The notes under the pieces are model-generated. The model worked only from the letters and a program-made list of their open reading frames with translations, made no database searches and was not told where the DNA came from. Both the position numbers and the translations under genes were made by a program. A stretch of DNA of 61,235 nt, filler included, from Stramenopiles sp. TOSAG23-3 (Eukaryota), in the NCBI GenBank assembly GCA_900128585.1. It is 6 parts of 6 records of this genome, joined end to end, with 100 filler letters (N's around TTAATTAATTAA, not from the genome) between each part and the next. Parts side by side here need not be neighbours in the genome. Positions count along the whole stretch, not along the records: positions 1 to 18,387 come from LT642428.1; 5 more parts are not named here. One strand, given 5' to 3'. Below, one piece after another: positions 1-11,857 of this stretch (positions within the stretch are counted from its first letter, which is position 1; each line of letters starts with the position of its first letter).

Positions 1-882
1 CATCTCCCCCATTGCCTATAAAACTTGATCCAGCAACCAACTTAACAGTTCCCCCACTGCCTTTGTCTTTCCCAGCACCACTTCCGAGCAAAGAAATCCC
101 TGCGTCAGAGAACACCATCCTTAGCTCAGGAGCGGGGGTGGACACGTTGTAGCGTGGGACAATGCCCTCGCTGTCGACAACATTGCTTTTTTGTATGTTA
201 AAATTATGGTGGACAGTACTAATGCCAACGTAAGTCTGGAGCGTTAGACTCCTGTCTCTCATATATGTTGTGTGCATAATGCCCTGAATGAGCCCAGCTG
301 TTAGATTTCGGGGCACAACTTTTAGGTCTTCAATTCCTGTTTGCGCTGGATCATAGCCATCAAAATTATAAGCACTTCCGGCGTTGATTTTCAAAATTGG
401 GACCCCGTGAGTAGTGTCGCCGGGGAAATCGTGCGTCAGCAGCAGCTTGGCCGTCTGCACGGCGTTCGCTGCCGAAGAAACTCTAAGAAAATATCCACCA
501 ACAAAAACGGTCTCACCGGGGGCTATGATATTAACTGCAGTAGTGTACAGTGTTAAGTGTCGAACCCCTTTCGAGGCAGAGCATGTAATTTGCGTGTCAA
601 CGGTATACCCAGGCGATCCCGCCGGTGCCCCACCACCTCTTCCACCCCTCCGTTGTCCGCTGCTTGATGCCTTTGACTGCCCCCCCCCCCAACTGGGCCA
701 TTCGCATCCAAAATGTAAAAACTTCTTGTCATTGGGTCTCCAATAGTAGTAGCCGGTTCTCCTGCCGCACTGAGCGGCAAATAAAACATTAAAAAAACTG
801 TAAGGAACAGAACTACAACAGTTTTTGAGGGGAGATTAATGGATTTCGATTTTACATGCGCAGCGGTCATCTCGAATGGCAA
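1..882 (-). CDS. Secreted or membrane-anchored protein of unknown function, 3'-truncated, with a frameshift at the C11 homopolymer (680-690)
   Basis: ORF 553-882 has a hydrophobic signal-like segment (VVVLFLTVFLMFYLPLSAA). Adding one G in the G11 run continues a stop-free frame (…QSKASSSGQRRGG…YTVDTQITCSAS…GSSFIGNGGD) to position 1. Confidence 0.6.
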
Positions 883-1194
883 TTTTTTCTTCTAATCGTA
901 TGCTCTATTTCAAATTTTCAAAAGGATCGGCACGCTTCGCCTTTCAATAACCGGTATCTTACGCAGTCCTGGTATATGTACACGCACAAAGCAATTTTTA
1001 TTGCCGTATGTTTTTGCAAAACGTTACCGTTCTTTATTCCAAATAATATATACGTGCCTTACAAACTACTTATGCATACTGGTGATCATCTTTTTAATGC
1101 ATTCTTGATTCTTATTTAATCTTAAGAATCAAATAAAAAATCAATCATTTTAAAATACGTACAAAAGTTCATTTGAAAATCGAGGAGACGACGA

Positions 1195-1286
1195 AGAAGG
1201 AAAGGAGGAAGGAGGAAGGAGGAAGGAGGAGGAAGAAGGAAAGGAGGAAGGAAGGAGGAAGAAGGAAGGAGGAAGGAAGGAGGAGA
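1195..1286. repeat. Purine-rich GGA/GAAG low-complexity repeat
   Basis: Tandem ggaa/gga units seen directly. Confidence 0.8.
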
Positions 1287-1897
1287 ATTATAGTAAACTC
1301 ATTCACTCATTCACCAATCAAAGTCAATGAATTACATTTATAAAACAGCCGTTCTATATTCTATATAGTACGAGTATCTAATGACAGATGACAGACTACG
1401 TCGTCTAGATAATTCATATTAATATAGGGGAAAACAACTACAAGTATACGATTACCGTACTATATACAATCGTGTACAGTGAAGTACGAGGAAGAGGAGA
1501 GAGTCCATCATTCTCAGAATTCTTTACTTCTTCTTCTGGCTATTTCTGTATATTGATAGGAATTTTTATTTTGAATAGTACTTGTAATATGTATAATCAT
1601 ATTTTTCTTGCTCATAAAATATAAAAAACGGCTTTCTGGTACTGTGTCGTTGTTTATTTTTTTTATTATAATAATAGTCGTCTCAAAAGAGAAGCAGAAG
1701 AAGTGAAGAAGAAAAATAATAATACCACTAAGCTAAATAGACCGATGATGAAGATTTTATTAATTAAAATCTGTTCTCTCTTCAATTCGATATTTCCTGG
1801 ATACTACAATATAGGTTTTCGCAGATAATGAATCAAGACAATGAACAACGATCGACCTTCTTAAAAAGCGTAAAGTTGTTTTGGTTTATAGAAATCT

Positions 1898-3373
1898 GTG
1901 AAAGGCTTGCTGCGCTCGTTGCTTACTGCCAGCATGATCACATCTAAAACCCTCGTGGCCATTGGGTACAAAAACATCCAGTATGCTGGGGCTGGGGAGT
2001 GGAGCACGAATGACAAAATACTGGATCCGAATACCACGATTGATGGATACATGAACAAGTTGGAAAGTTTGAAAGAAATGAAACAACAACATTTTTCACC
2101 ATCCCGCGTTGGAACGATAAGAGCCTCGAATTTTTCCCGCTCCATTAAAACACCAGCATATTCCGATGCACGACGAATTAGAACATCTAGGCAAAGGCAG
2201 TTGAACAACCTGCACAGTCGACTGACGCATGTTGGTAAAAGCATCTCCACTCCGAATATTTTTTCATTTAAGCGACAGCATAGACAAATTGGCACAACTG
2301 GGCGCAACAGTTGGAAGAAAGAGCGCGCGATCAAGAACAGACGAAGTCAATCGCTAAAAGTAAAATTAAAATTTAACAAAGCTAAACAACCAAGACCGCT
2401 CACTTTTGCAGAAATGGAAAATTTGGAAGAAGCAAAGCGACAGCGAAGTATAAATTTGCTGGATTTGGGAGATTCCTTGTCTGTCCAAGTATGCAGTGTA
2501 AATAAAAGCATTCGTAAAGTCCAATTTGGATTTAGAGCTCGTCAAAAAAATGGTTCTGAGGAGGAAGGCGATAACGACGGCAGCGGTAGGAATTCTCCAA
2601 CGACACACTACGTCGGAAACAATCTGAATACCGATGGAAGCAAACCTGCAGATACGCAACCATCGAACTCCTCTACTCGCCCGAGTACTGTTCAATTTAA
2701 TTTTTCAGGCATTGGTCAACCCTTCGGGTCACAGCACAAAAGCGATGAATTTGGTGCTGACCGTCCTAAAATATTGTGCAAAAAAGACTTGTACATGGAG
2801 AGTTTACTGGCAAAACAAAAGATTTTGGAAGGTGCTGTACAGCCTGCGCCTGCAGCATTGGAGCTCGCCATTTCTCGCATAGAATCTGGTGAGGCAGCGG
2901 CCAATAACGACGAAGTGCAACGTTCAGGGCAAAATAACCCGGAGCCCATTGCAACCCAGTCCGAAAATAGAGACGTGGGAGTAGAGGTTCCCATAGAAGA
3001 TCCACCTATAGAACCAGAAAGGCGCTGCGTGTCACCATCCGTAGAGTTTAAATCGTTGTTCAATTACGACGATGTGCCCGTTTACAAAGAGGATAATGAA
3101 AGCGAAGAAGGGCTTTCTGTCAAATTGAAAATTACAAAATCTATGGAGAGTGAAGAATCCCACCAAATTCATGGTGTTTGGCCCAGGCAAACAGGGGTCG
3201 GCCGCCCGAGTAGAGTAAATATACTAGCATCCGATGAGTATAACAACCCGATGCAAAAACGAGGCCCGTCTCTGGCAATGGCAAATGAACCCTGGTCACC
3301 TCCCAGTACCGCAGGAGGACACAGTATTCGACCTTTTACCCCCGGCACTGATTTGCAAGAGTGGTTTCAGTGA
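1898..3373 (+). CDS. Hypothetical protein (basic N-half, disordered acidic C-half); start uncertain
   Basis: 491-codon ORF with coding-like composition between AT-rich flanks. First in-frame ATG is at 1934. No recognisable domain. Confidence 0.65.
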   Translation: MKGLLRSLLTASMITSKTLVAIGYKNIQYAGAGEWSTNDKILDPNTTIDGYMNKLESLKEMKQQHFSPSRVGTIRASNFSRSIKTPAYSDARRIRTSRQRQLNNLHSRLTHVGKSISTPNIFSFKRQHRQIGTTGRNSWKKERAIKNRRSQSLKVKLKFNKAKQPRPLTFAEMENLEEAKRQRSINLLDLGDSLSVQVCSVNKSIRKVQFGFRARQKNGSEEEGDNDGSGRNSPTTHYVGNNLNTDGSKPADTQPSNSSTRPSTVQFNFSGIGQPFGSQHKSDEFGADRPKILCKKDLYMESLLAKQKILEGAVQPAPAALELAISRIESGEAAANNDEVQRSGQNNPEPIATQSENRDVGVEVPIEDPPIEPERRCVSPSVEFKSLFNYDDVPVYKEDNESEEGLSVKLKITKSMESEESHQIHGVWPRQTGVGRPSRVNILASDEYNNPMQKRGPSLAMANEPWSPPSTAGGHSIRPFTPGTDLQEWFQ

Positions 3374-3623
3374 CAATAAAGAGCTCGGAAAGTATCTCAA
3401 ATATGAGTTAAATATTTACCAAGACTTTTACTATCATAAATAACAGTCTAATTACAGGACCTAGATGGCATACGCATATGTTAGATATAATATCATATGA
3501 TATGATATTGATTTTGTTTTGAAATTATTGTTTTTGTTATCATAATAACAAGAAAAATTGGCTGTTATTTTATAGTGAAATTAAAATTTTTGTTAAATCA
3601 TCAATTTATATAAAAGAGTACAC

Positions 3624-4468
3624 ATGAACCCCTGGTCAGTACATAGTGTACAAGGACCGAGTGCAAAACTTCTTGTATAGCAACACGAAACCCGTAGTAT
3701 CTGCCGACTTCGTAGACAGGCTACGCGAGTGTTTGGAATCGGCGAATACAATTGTAGAAAAATCATCAGGGGACGGCTTTCATGCTGATGGCACCTGGAA
3801 CGGTGCAAATGACGTGGACTTTGGTGCATCGTTCGATGAAGAAGGTCGTTCAGAAATATCCCCGGCGCAGATGCCCCGAGTAAAAAGTCTTTCACCCCCA
3901 TTGTCAATAGAATCGAATGTCGATAACAGCAGTAGAGACACCGTAGATCTGATTCACGAATTACAAAATTCAGCCCATTCTGTGCCTTCTTTAAAGACCT
4001 CTAGCGGGCCGAAACTGGTGGCAGTTGTGCAGAAAGCGGGTCGAAAGTCTAACCAGGAGACGGACGGGGTGACTGTTTCAAATGACCATCGGGAAATGCC
4101 TACTTTGGACGCCGCCAAAAAAATGAAAACTGCCAACAACGTTGAAGATTCATCGCAAAATGCAAAGATTGACACAGAAACCTTTGTGCAAGACGAAATA
4201 CAAAATGACAGGCCATGGAGTGCATCTTCCACAAAGCGACCGTGGGATGTACGGGTACAGTTTACCAAAGTTGGCAAAACAGGTGCAGCATGACTTCGCA
4301 AAGCGAGTAAAGCGAGAGCAGATCATGGGGCAGAGTTTAGACGGGGAAGGGTCGATCATCGAAGCACTGGAGTCGTTATATCCTGTGCCAGAGTTTACAC
4401 TCGAGCAATTTGTCTCAGAGAGGGACTTTAAATCTTACCAAGACAGCGGCGAGCTGCCTGACTTTTGA
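3624..4468 (+). CDS. Hypothetical protein, apparently split by frameshifts (ORFs 3646-4293 and 4142-4468); possible pseudogene or assembly errors
   Basis: Coding-like sequence from ATG 3624 to TGA 4468. Frame changes are needed near 3630 (C run) and near 4240. Confidence 0.45.
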
Positions 4469-4958
4469 CAGGGTTGGTTTTAAAGAACAAATAATTACTC
4501 TGTTATTTAAAAAAAACAAATTATATAGTATGTTTTAAGACTCTCATTTTAAATCAATTACTCTGTTATTTAATACATATAATACTACAATTAAGCCGCT
4601 GCTTGGAAAATCGTACAAGGATTGAGTCACCTATGAGTGAGATATCGGATGAGGCATTTAATGGACAAAAGGAATTAAATTGTTCATTGGAATATATCTC
4701 CTCAGTGATTGATTGACAACCAACAACGACACAAAATATTACATAATCAAGTTAGGATTAGGGTATGAGAAAGCTAAATTTAATTACTTAGTCTATTAGT
4801 CTAAATAACAGCCAATTTTCTTGTTTTAATGTACCAAGGTACTTTGGTAAAAAAATAATGCCAACCACCGGACTGTTTTGTTTCTTTTTACTCCCCATTT
4901 CCAAATATAGGAACACAGTACAGGTTTAAATACATAGAGATAGCATTTATTTAATTTA

Positions 4959-5425
4959 TTAAAATATCAGCAGCTCATCTTTCATCTCCAACACGTATCT
5001 TTGGCGCGAACTTGAAATGTTGCAAACGACTTTGTGATAACTATTTGAAACAAAGAGATCTTTATGAAAAAAGGATTTATTTTTTAGTTTTAACGTCAGA
5101 AAACTGGTTTCAGATAGATAAAAGTATGGTGGTGCATTTCGTTTTGCTGATACGTTCATAAAAATAAGTGTTTGTTCCGGTGGCGTTTGGTCTAAATCGT
5201 CCATTTCATACAAAATTGTCCCTCGGAACCGTAATTCCAAGTCATTCGAGGGCAAACAATTTATAAACGTTCGTTCAGGATCGGACAGGGCTTGAGGAAC
5301 GATTGCCTGGTCTAGACTTATGCATTTGGGCGTCGTCCTACCTTTTTTCTGGTATTTTCTTTCCGAATGCTTCCATACTTTGAAAATCGAGTCGGATTTT
5401 TTTTCGCGCCAAGGACACTGAACAC
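4959..5425 (-). CDS. Possible small hypothetical protein or exon
   Basis: The frame of ORF 4959-5255 stays open upstream to ~5425 without an in-frame ATG there. No known domain. Confidence 0.25.
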
Positions 5426-5610
5426 TTTACAGAACATCTAAATAACATGGCGTTTTTCTTGAAGAAAAACAACTTTTTATTTTTTTAGAGTAAGGATAAC
5501 TTTTACATTGAATAGCATTAAAACATTTTTTATCTAAAAATCAACAATCAACATCTATTTACAGTTTTGTTTTTGTTGTTGTTCTTAAAAGGCATTTCGT
5601 GCGTTACATA

Positions 5611-8106
5611 TTATCGCTTTGCCTGACGATTGGTCCTTCTTCGAACTGGTTCGTACTCCCGCAATATTCGTTTCTTTAGGGATTTCCCCTGGGCCTTGTA
5701 CCGTGGTTGCCGCTTCGCCTCGGCCATGGACACTTCCAGCGCCCACATTTCCTGGAGTATTTCGTCGTCAATGTCCTCTCGTGGCGCGGACTTTGTCTGG
5801 CTCTCCAGAGACCTGTACCGCGAGCGCATGGAATCTAATGACTCGAATCGGCGAGGCACAAAACCGATTTCTCTGCCCCCCGTTGGATCTGTGGCGCTTC
5901 CCCGAAACAGGGGTGCCACCGGGTTCTTCTCAAACGTAGGTTTGTAGTGGCGTAGGACAGGGGAGAGCTTAGGGTTGTTCAAAGGCTTTACCCATCCGCG
6001 CTTCTCCGCCGCCAGCTCTCGCGCGTGCCTTTTGCACTGCCGATCGAGGTTTGAACAAAGCTTTTGGAGCTTGTCGGCTACCTTGTCGCTGAAGAGTCGG
6101 TCCCTCACCTTCGAAGAGGACGCTGAGGACGCCGTCGAAGCGTTGGGCGCAAAACTACTTTGGGACAGGCTCGACCCCCCCGGGGCAGTCTTTCCGCCCA
6201 GACGATGGGACCCGTTCTGAAGCGTAACCTTCAACTTTTCCCTTTCCCTCGCCAACTCCTTCTTCAGCTTAACCAGTTCCTCTTTTATGTCCTTTTCCGT
6301 CCAACCACCTTCCAAAGCAATCTCTTCGTCCAGCATAGAAATCTGTTTCAGCGCTTTGAACCTGTCTTTTATGCTCGATATGGACGCCCTCATCTCTACC
6401 ACCCTTTCGAATACTGGGGAGTGCTGTGCTGTAACGACCCTGCTCGACTCGCCCTCAACGGTCTCTGAGACAGGGGAGACCTGGACCAGTGGGGCTCGGT
6501 GTATCGCCGAAACACTGGAACTCTTCTCGACAGTAACAAACCCGTCACTATCGACTTGCACGGACGCTGCGCTCCTGGACCCCACCATTCTCCCCCCCCG
6601 ATTCCCTTTCTTCGACCTCAGCAGGCCGTGGCTACTTCTTCGTAAAGCTTTGGCGTTCTTTTTGGAGGACTTGCTCATCAACAATTCGTACGGCGACTTG
6701 TGCTTCGAGTCGTCCAGGGCGATGGGAACCATGGGGTCCTCTTCCATATCCTGTCGGCTCGTCACGCGCATCTCCTCGATGCGTTCGGCGTCCGTCGCTG
6801 CCGGGGCGACGGAGGCCTCCTCTTCGGTCGGGAGAAGTTCCGTGACTGGTTCTATTTTTTGTTCTATCTGTTGGGCGGATGATTCTTCGTATTTTTCGCT
6901 GTACGATTCCTGAACGGGCTCGTCCACTGCCACCGCTGGGACGGTTTCCTCTTTCTCTTCCGCGACTTCGCCCTCCGCAGGCGGCGCGTCCGCAGTGGGG
7001 ACCTCCTCCTTCTCACCGACCTTTGTCTCGGTTGGAGACGGTTCTAGCCCTACCTTGGTCTCAGGAACAGTCTCGACGGCCGGTTCTGCTGTCTCTTCTT
7101 CGACGGCCTCTGCTGCCTTCTCCTCGGGCATTTTCGCACCTCCAACCACCTCCTCCGCACGCTCAGCCACGTTGGCCTCTGCCTCTGCCCGCTTGGCCCG
7201 AATCTTGTCCACACGTTTCTTTGCACTTTTCTGCCGCCCTATATTCTGTATTCTGACGGCCGCCGCCGCCCGCATCGTCTCTTCGGTTTCGTTCGCAGGA
7301 GAAGCGGGCCGAGACGTTTGCGGAGAGCTTGGAGGGGAGGGGGAGTAAGGAAGCATCTTGTGCTTCATCTCTTCGATCTCTTCCATGCGCTCCTCGTGGG
7401 ACGACGGTGAGGACGGGCGCGGCAACGCCGCCGCACCACCGTCGCCCGTCATGGTCGAGGGTTCCTCGGACGCCTGCGGCTCTGCGGGGATCGTTGTCGC
7501 CTGTGCCAATCCATTGTCGACAGGAACTTCCGCGGCAACCTCAACCGTATCAGCAGGAAGCGTTGAGTCGGCTTCCGCCGCCCCGATGGTTTTCTCCGTC
7601 CCTGGTGCTCGGCTTTCGTCTTCGACCACTCCCGTTTCACTGGCGATCTTCTCTATGGCAGCTTCGGGCTGAGGATGTTCCGCTGGCGCGGCTGGAACGT
7701 CGGTAGGAGCATCATTCACAACAGCGGGCGCGTCGGAAGCTTCCACAACGCTGGAGACTACTGACTTTTCACTATCGACAACTATTTCACCATTCTGTTC
7801 GGCCACGACAGTTTGCTCGTCCAGTACGCTGGAGTTCTGCGCACTTAAAGGGGCGATGGACTCACTGCCGACCTCAAAGTCGTCACCATAGCTTTCGGCT
7901 ATCGACGATGCAGCTACAAGCGAAGGCTCCTCTGTCACAGAAATTTCTTTTACAATCGATGGTTCAGCGACAGATTCTTCAAAATCATCGGCGTAGGACC
8001 CATCAGGAGACAAATCGAACTCATCCGTCACCGCCGCCGTCAAGGCTGCCTCTGTCCCTGCGGCCAGACCAACCCCAGTTTCGTCCGGAATGCTCTGCTC
8101 CTCCAT
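5611..8106 (-). CDS. Acidic low-complexity protein with an IQ calmodulin-binding motif and coiled-coil C-terminus
   Basis: 831 aa ORF; AAAVRIQNIGRQKSAKKRVDKIR matches the IQxxxRxxxxR/K pattern. Confidence 0.8.
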   Translation of the reverse strand: MEEQSIPDETGVGLAAGTEAALTAAVTDEFDLSPDGSYADDFEESVAEPSIVKEISVTEEPSLVAASSIAESYGDDFEVGSESIAPLSAQNSSVLDEQTVVAEQNGEIVVDSEKSVVSSVVEASDAPAVVNDAPTDVPAAPAEHPQPEAAIEKIASETGVVEDESRAPGTEKTIGAAEADSTLPADTVEVAAEVPVDNGLAQATTIPAEPQASEEPSTMTGDGGAAALPRPSSPSSHEERMEEIEEMKHKMLPYSPSPPSSPQTSRPASPANETEETMRAAAAVRIQNIGRQKSAKKRVDKIRAKRAEAEANVAERAEEVVGGAKMPEEKAAEAVEEETAEPAVETVPETKVGLEPSPTETKVGEKEEVPTADAPPAEGEVAEEKEETVPAVAVDEPVQESYSEKYEESSAQQIEQKIEPVTELLPTEEEASVAPAATDAERIEEMRVTSRQDMEEDPMVPIALDDSKHKSPYELLMSKSSKKNAKALRRSSHGLLRSKKGNRGGRMVGSRSAASVQVDSDGFVTVEKSSSVSAIHRAPLVQVSPVSETVEGESSRVVTAQHSPVFERVVEMRASISSIKDRFKALKQISMLDEEIALEGGWTEKDIKEELVKLKKELAREREKLKVTLQNGSHRLGGKTAPGGSSLSQSSFAPNASTASSASSSKVRDRLFSDKVADKLQKLCSNLDRQCKRHARELAAEKRGWVKPLNNPKLSPVLRHYKPTFEKNPVAPLFRGSATDPTGGREIGFVPRRFESLDSMRSRYRSLESQTKSAPREDIDDEILQEMWALEVSMAEAKRQPRYKAQGKSLKKRILREYEPVRRRTNRQAKR

Positions 8107-8875
8107 CGCACGTTAAAGGTGTGTTTTTAAAAGTCGTCGATCAGATAAAAATCAAACCAAACAACCTTTGCAGATCTATCTTGTCCTAATGAACCTAGAA
8201 GATTTCATACACATTCTTCTGTTTCCTTTTAAATTGATATTAAGTATACGTATGTAACCTTTATTCGTATATAGAAGACTATAAACATGAGGCGTCATTG
8301 TTGTTGGAGGAGGAAGGTCAAAAAAAGATTATTTTAACATACCAAGGTAGAAGGAATACAGCATCGACATGGTCAAACATCGTCAACGGTACTTTGTATA
8401 TAACCCTAATCTAACCCTATTAAGAAAAAATAGAAACCGATAATAATAATATAAAAAAATAATAATAATAAAAAAATGATGTCACAAATATTTATTTAAA
8501 AGTTGCAATAAGCTTAGTCTAAATATTCATTGCCGGAACTTCGGAAACCTTTCTTCTTTTTCTTCTTTTGGTTTGGTGGTAAAGTCACTATTATTTAGTA
8601 TAGGGATAGCAACTCAGCAGTATAATTATTATTAGTGTGTGATGATGTTTATATAAGTAGTATTAATATTGGTAGTAGATGAGGACGACAAAAAAAAAGA
8701 ACAACAATGATTCTCTTCACTTGGAACATGTTCCTCGCAGCCATGGTTTGTTCGATGTCAATACGACCAGAATACAACAGAAGAACAAAAATCATCCTCT
8801 CCTTATATATTCTTTTCGCGCAAGGAATAGAGTAAAAATAAGGAAAGCATTGACACGACTACTCTTTCAAAAATT

Positions 8876-9550
8876 ATGAGTAGGTCAGTGCGTCAGCGCA
8901 GGGCGGAGGCTGCTCGAAGGCTGTATTTTACAGCAACCGCTCGTCGCCCCTTTTATATAAGTCCCAAGAAACCCGATCCTCCCCCAAAGCCCCCGAAACA
9001 GTTTGTTATGAGAAAAATAGTGCACAATCCAAAGTGTGACCCAGCGCCTTGGATGCGACCACAGCCAAAGAAGCCGGAGATTAGGAGAAATTTGGAGAGA
9101 GAAAAACAAGAGAAGGATCTAATCGAGCAGGAGCTACGGCAAGTCGAGCAGTTCTACGATGACACAAAAAGTTCACTATCAGAGATTGACGACGCTGAAA
9201 TGCGGCGAACAATAAAGGCGACGGTTGCGATGGGGGAAAAAGAAATGAAGCTTTTGAGGCGGCGTTTGCGGCAGCACAGATTTGATTTTAAGAGTGCCAA
9301 ACGTCTGAGGAAAATGCGAAAAGAAGAGAAATATGGCGACGAACTTGTTGACAAAGCTCAGCATGCGCCCGATATTGGTACGGGGAAACTGTACCTCAAG
9401 GAAGCCGAAGATCACTACATTGCTGCTGGGGCGGTCGACAAAATAAACATGCTCCAGAGATTTTGGGCCAATCGGCCGGTGAGCTCCGAAAGCGAAGGGA
9501 GCGAACAATCCGACGTCCTACCCATCACGGATGGGGCAACGAAAGAGTAA
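8876..9550 (+). CDS. Hypothetical charged coiled-coil protein
   Basis: 224 aa ATG-initiated ORF between AT-rich spacers. Confidence 0.7.
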   Translation: MSRSVRQRRAEAARRLYFTATARRPFYISPKKPDPPPKPPKQFVMRKIVHNPKCDPAPWMRPQPKKPEIRRNLEREKQEKDLIEQELRQVEQFYDDTKSSLSEIDDAEMRRTIKATVAMGEKEMKLLRRRLRQHRFDFKSAKRLRKMRKEEKYGDELVDKAQHAPDIGTGKLYLKEAEDHYIAAGAVDKINMLQRFWANRPVSSESEGSEQSDVLPITDGATKE

Positions 9551-9790
9551 ACAACTAAATCTTCGCGAGGTAAATATGAAATTTAAGATTAAAGAGGTCG
9601 TACGAAGAATTAAAGATCTTTTAAAATTTATTTTATAAAAGCTGAGCACATTCATTTTCGCGATATACCGAGGAAGGCTAAAATTTAATTTTTACTTCTA
9701 AATAACACAGCCAATTTTTTATTTTTAAAAATTTGTTTAATTTTAAGAATTTTTGTTTAATTTAAAAAAGACCTCACATCTCACAAATTC

Positions 9791-11002
9791 TCACATAGAG
9801 AACTCCACCGAGACTGTCTTTGGGCCCAACACTTTCAAATACGTGTCGACCATTTTTTTATCCTTGAACAGGCGGGGCGACTTCTTATACTTCGTCTGTC
9901 GGTTCTGAATGTATCGACTTCTAGTTTCGAGTGGTGAGTCTGTCATCAGGCTGATTAGCCGATTCGTTTTTGTAGATTTTCTTGTTCTCTTTCTGCGCAA
10001 TTTTCGTTTATTCTGCTTGCCTTTCTTGCTGTTAAAGGAGTTCTTGACTATTAAATTGCATGGTTTCTTCAACCCGTCTTTTCGTACAGCTGGTAGCAGC
10101 CTCGAGCTAGATTGTGTCTCATGCAGCTGCTTGACTAATTTTTTGTAGTACCGTTTGGTTTTCAATATATCCTTTCTGTACGCAATCAGACGGGCCTTTC
10201 CACCATTTCCGCAGGGTGCTTTTACGTCTGCGCGCCGCAAAGGGCCTCTGTTGACGCAATTTCCAGTAATCGGCGGGCAAACCCATGGCGACTTTTGCGA
10301 TGCACCGCTTTTGGCTGTTTCCTCCTCGTCTTCCGTTGTCGCCAATGGAGGCATAAGTTTCCAAATTGCAGTCTCGGGTTCGAATGAATGCGGGGCGGTG
10401 CAAAGCTCAGGAAACGACTGGTGCTTTCTCAAGGATCTGTTTTGCTGATGCTGTCTATTCCTTCTGCTTTCATTTGGGAATGAATCCGGTTGTTCAAAAC
10501 GGAAATCAATCGTTGGTGACTTCATTCTTATCACCTCAACACGAGGGGGGGAACGGTTTGGTGCGTCGCTGTAGTTTCGCACCTTTCTATATCTAATTTG
10601 ATCTTCTTTAATTATATCCTGCGGAGTCGCAATGTTCCCTCGCCTAGATCTCAAGACCCGAGCGTTACCGCTACTTATTAACGGCTGGGACTTCAGCGAC
10701 TTTGGGGACACCCCTTGCAAATACCCAGTCGACCCAATCGACGGTGGTGGGGACATGGCCAAGGACCGATTCCTCACCGATGCCCCTTGAGATTTGGACG
10801 TTCGTCCCTTATGTACATTTTTTTCCTTTTTCCTGAGCACTCGACTTCTGGATTGGCTCCTTTCTTGTAACTGTTTCTCCAGCGTTGGTGTTGTAGCCCG
10901 CCATCCAATCATATCACTGTCGTCATTGCGCGGTGGCGACCACTGCTGGAAAGGAGGCGACGGTGGCCTCGGCGGGGCGGACCGTATTGGCGATATGTTC
11001 AT
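9791..11002 (-). CDS. Hypothetical basic, SP/R-rich disordered protein
   Basis: 403 aa ATG-initiated ORF between AT-rich spacers. Confidence 0.7.
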   Translation of the reverse strand: MNISPIRSAPPRPPSPPFQQWSPPRNDDSDMIGWRATTPTLEKQLQERSQSRSRVLRKKEKNVHKGRTSKSQGASVRNRSLAMSPPPSIGSTGYLQGVSPKSLKSQPLISSGNARVLRSRRGNIATPQDIIKEDQIRYRKVRNYSDAPNRSPPRVEVIRMKSPTIDFRFEQPDSFPNESRRNRQHQQNRSLRKHQSFPELCTAPHSFEPETAIWKLMPPLATTEDEEETAKSGASQKSPWVCPPITGNCVNRGPLRRADVKAPCGNGGKARLIAYRKDILKTKRYYKKLVKQLHETQSSSRLLPAVRKDGLKKPCNLIVKNSFNSKKGKQNKRKLRRKRTRKSTKTNRLISLMTDSPLETRSRYIQNRQTKYKKSPRLFKDKKMVDTYLKVLGPKTVSVEFSM

Positions 11003-11857
11003 TAATTATATTATTCCACAATTTCCACAATTTCGTTTACACCTCAAGGAAGCGAAAAAAAAAAAATGAACGGAAAAAACGTTTCATGAAACAAAGAAAA
11101 AGCAATTGAACGGAAATAGTATTCACTAAATGTCAATATGACGAAGAAAGACATCTTACTTTGCTTACTCATCAAAATGTAATTGTGTTTCTTTCATACA
11201 TTTACATTACAGATTAGAGTCGTTGTTGTTTTTTTCATTTTTATTATATATTACGCGGTTGTTGTTAAAAAATAGATATAACTCTCATCTCATCATTCGC
11301 CCGGTATGTAATAATTATACCTGGATACCTCCTATTATAAGAAAAGAAGAGTAAAGAAATTGTCAATTATGCTGAGAATCTGAGAATAGATAATCCTCGC
11401 TCCTCCGTTATATTGGTAATACATTTATCAAGGCTCCTTCCTTTTTTTTAAATAAACTAGACGAATAGTATTAATAATACAATTATCCAAGAAGAAGTGT
11501 TATTACATTAATAAATATAATAGCACCACAGCACAATACACTGAAATTGAGGAGTTGTTTTGTTTACCCCCCCCCCCCCCCCCAAATAATAATAATTTAT
11601 TATTTTATTTTTTATTATTATATACGAATTATTTCATTAAATAAATCTCTACTATATAAATTTAATTTTGTTCTTAGATTGGGGAACGTTGTCCGTTCTA
11701 ACAAAAATATTAGTATTGAAGTTAGGTATAGAAATGGAAGAAGACAGGGCATAAATGATCAGGGCCACACGTTTCAACTCGCATTCTTCCATCATTTAAG
11801 GGTTGGTTGGCGTTATTGTTCTGGTTGTTTCAGATACGGTAGATATAGATACGTGGT

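Noticed and set aside
4241-4260. Possible ~19-nt intron repairing the frameshift in the 3624-4468 gene
   Set aside because: Poor donor (GTGGGA), no branch point, and much shorter than the well-supported introns.
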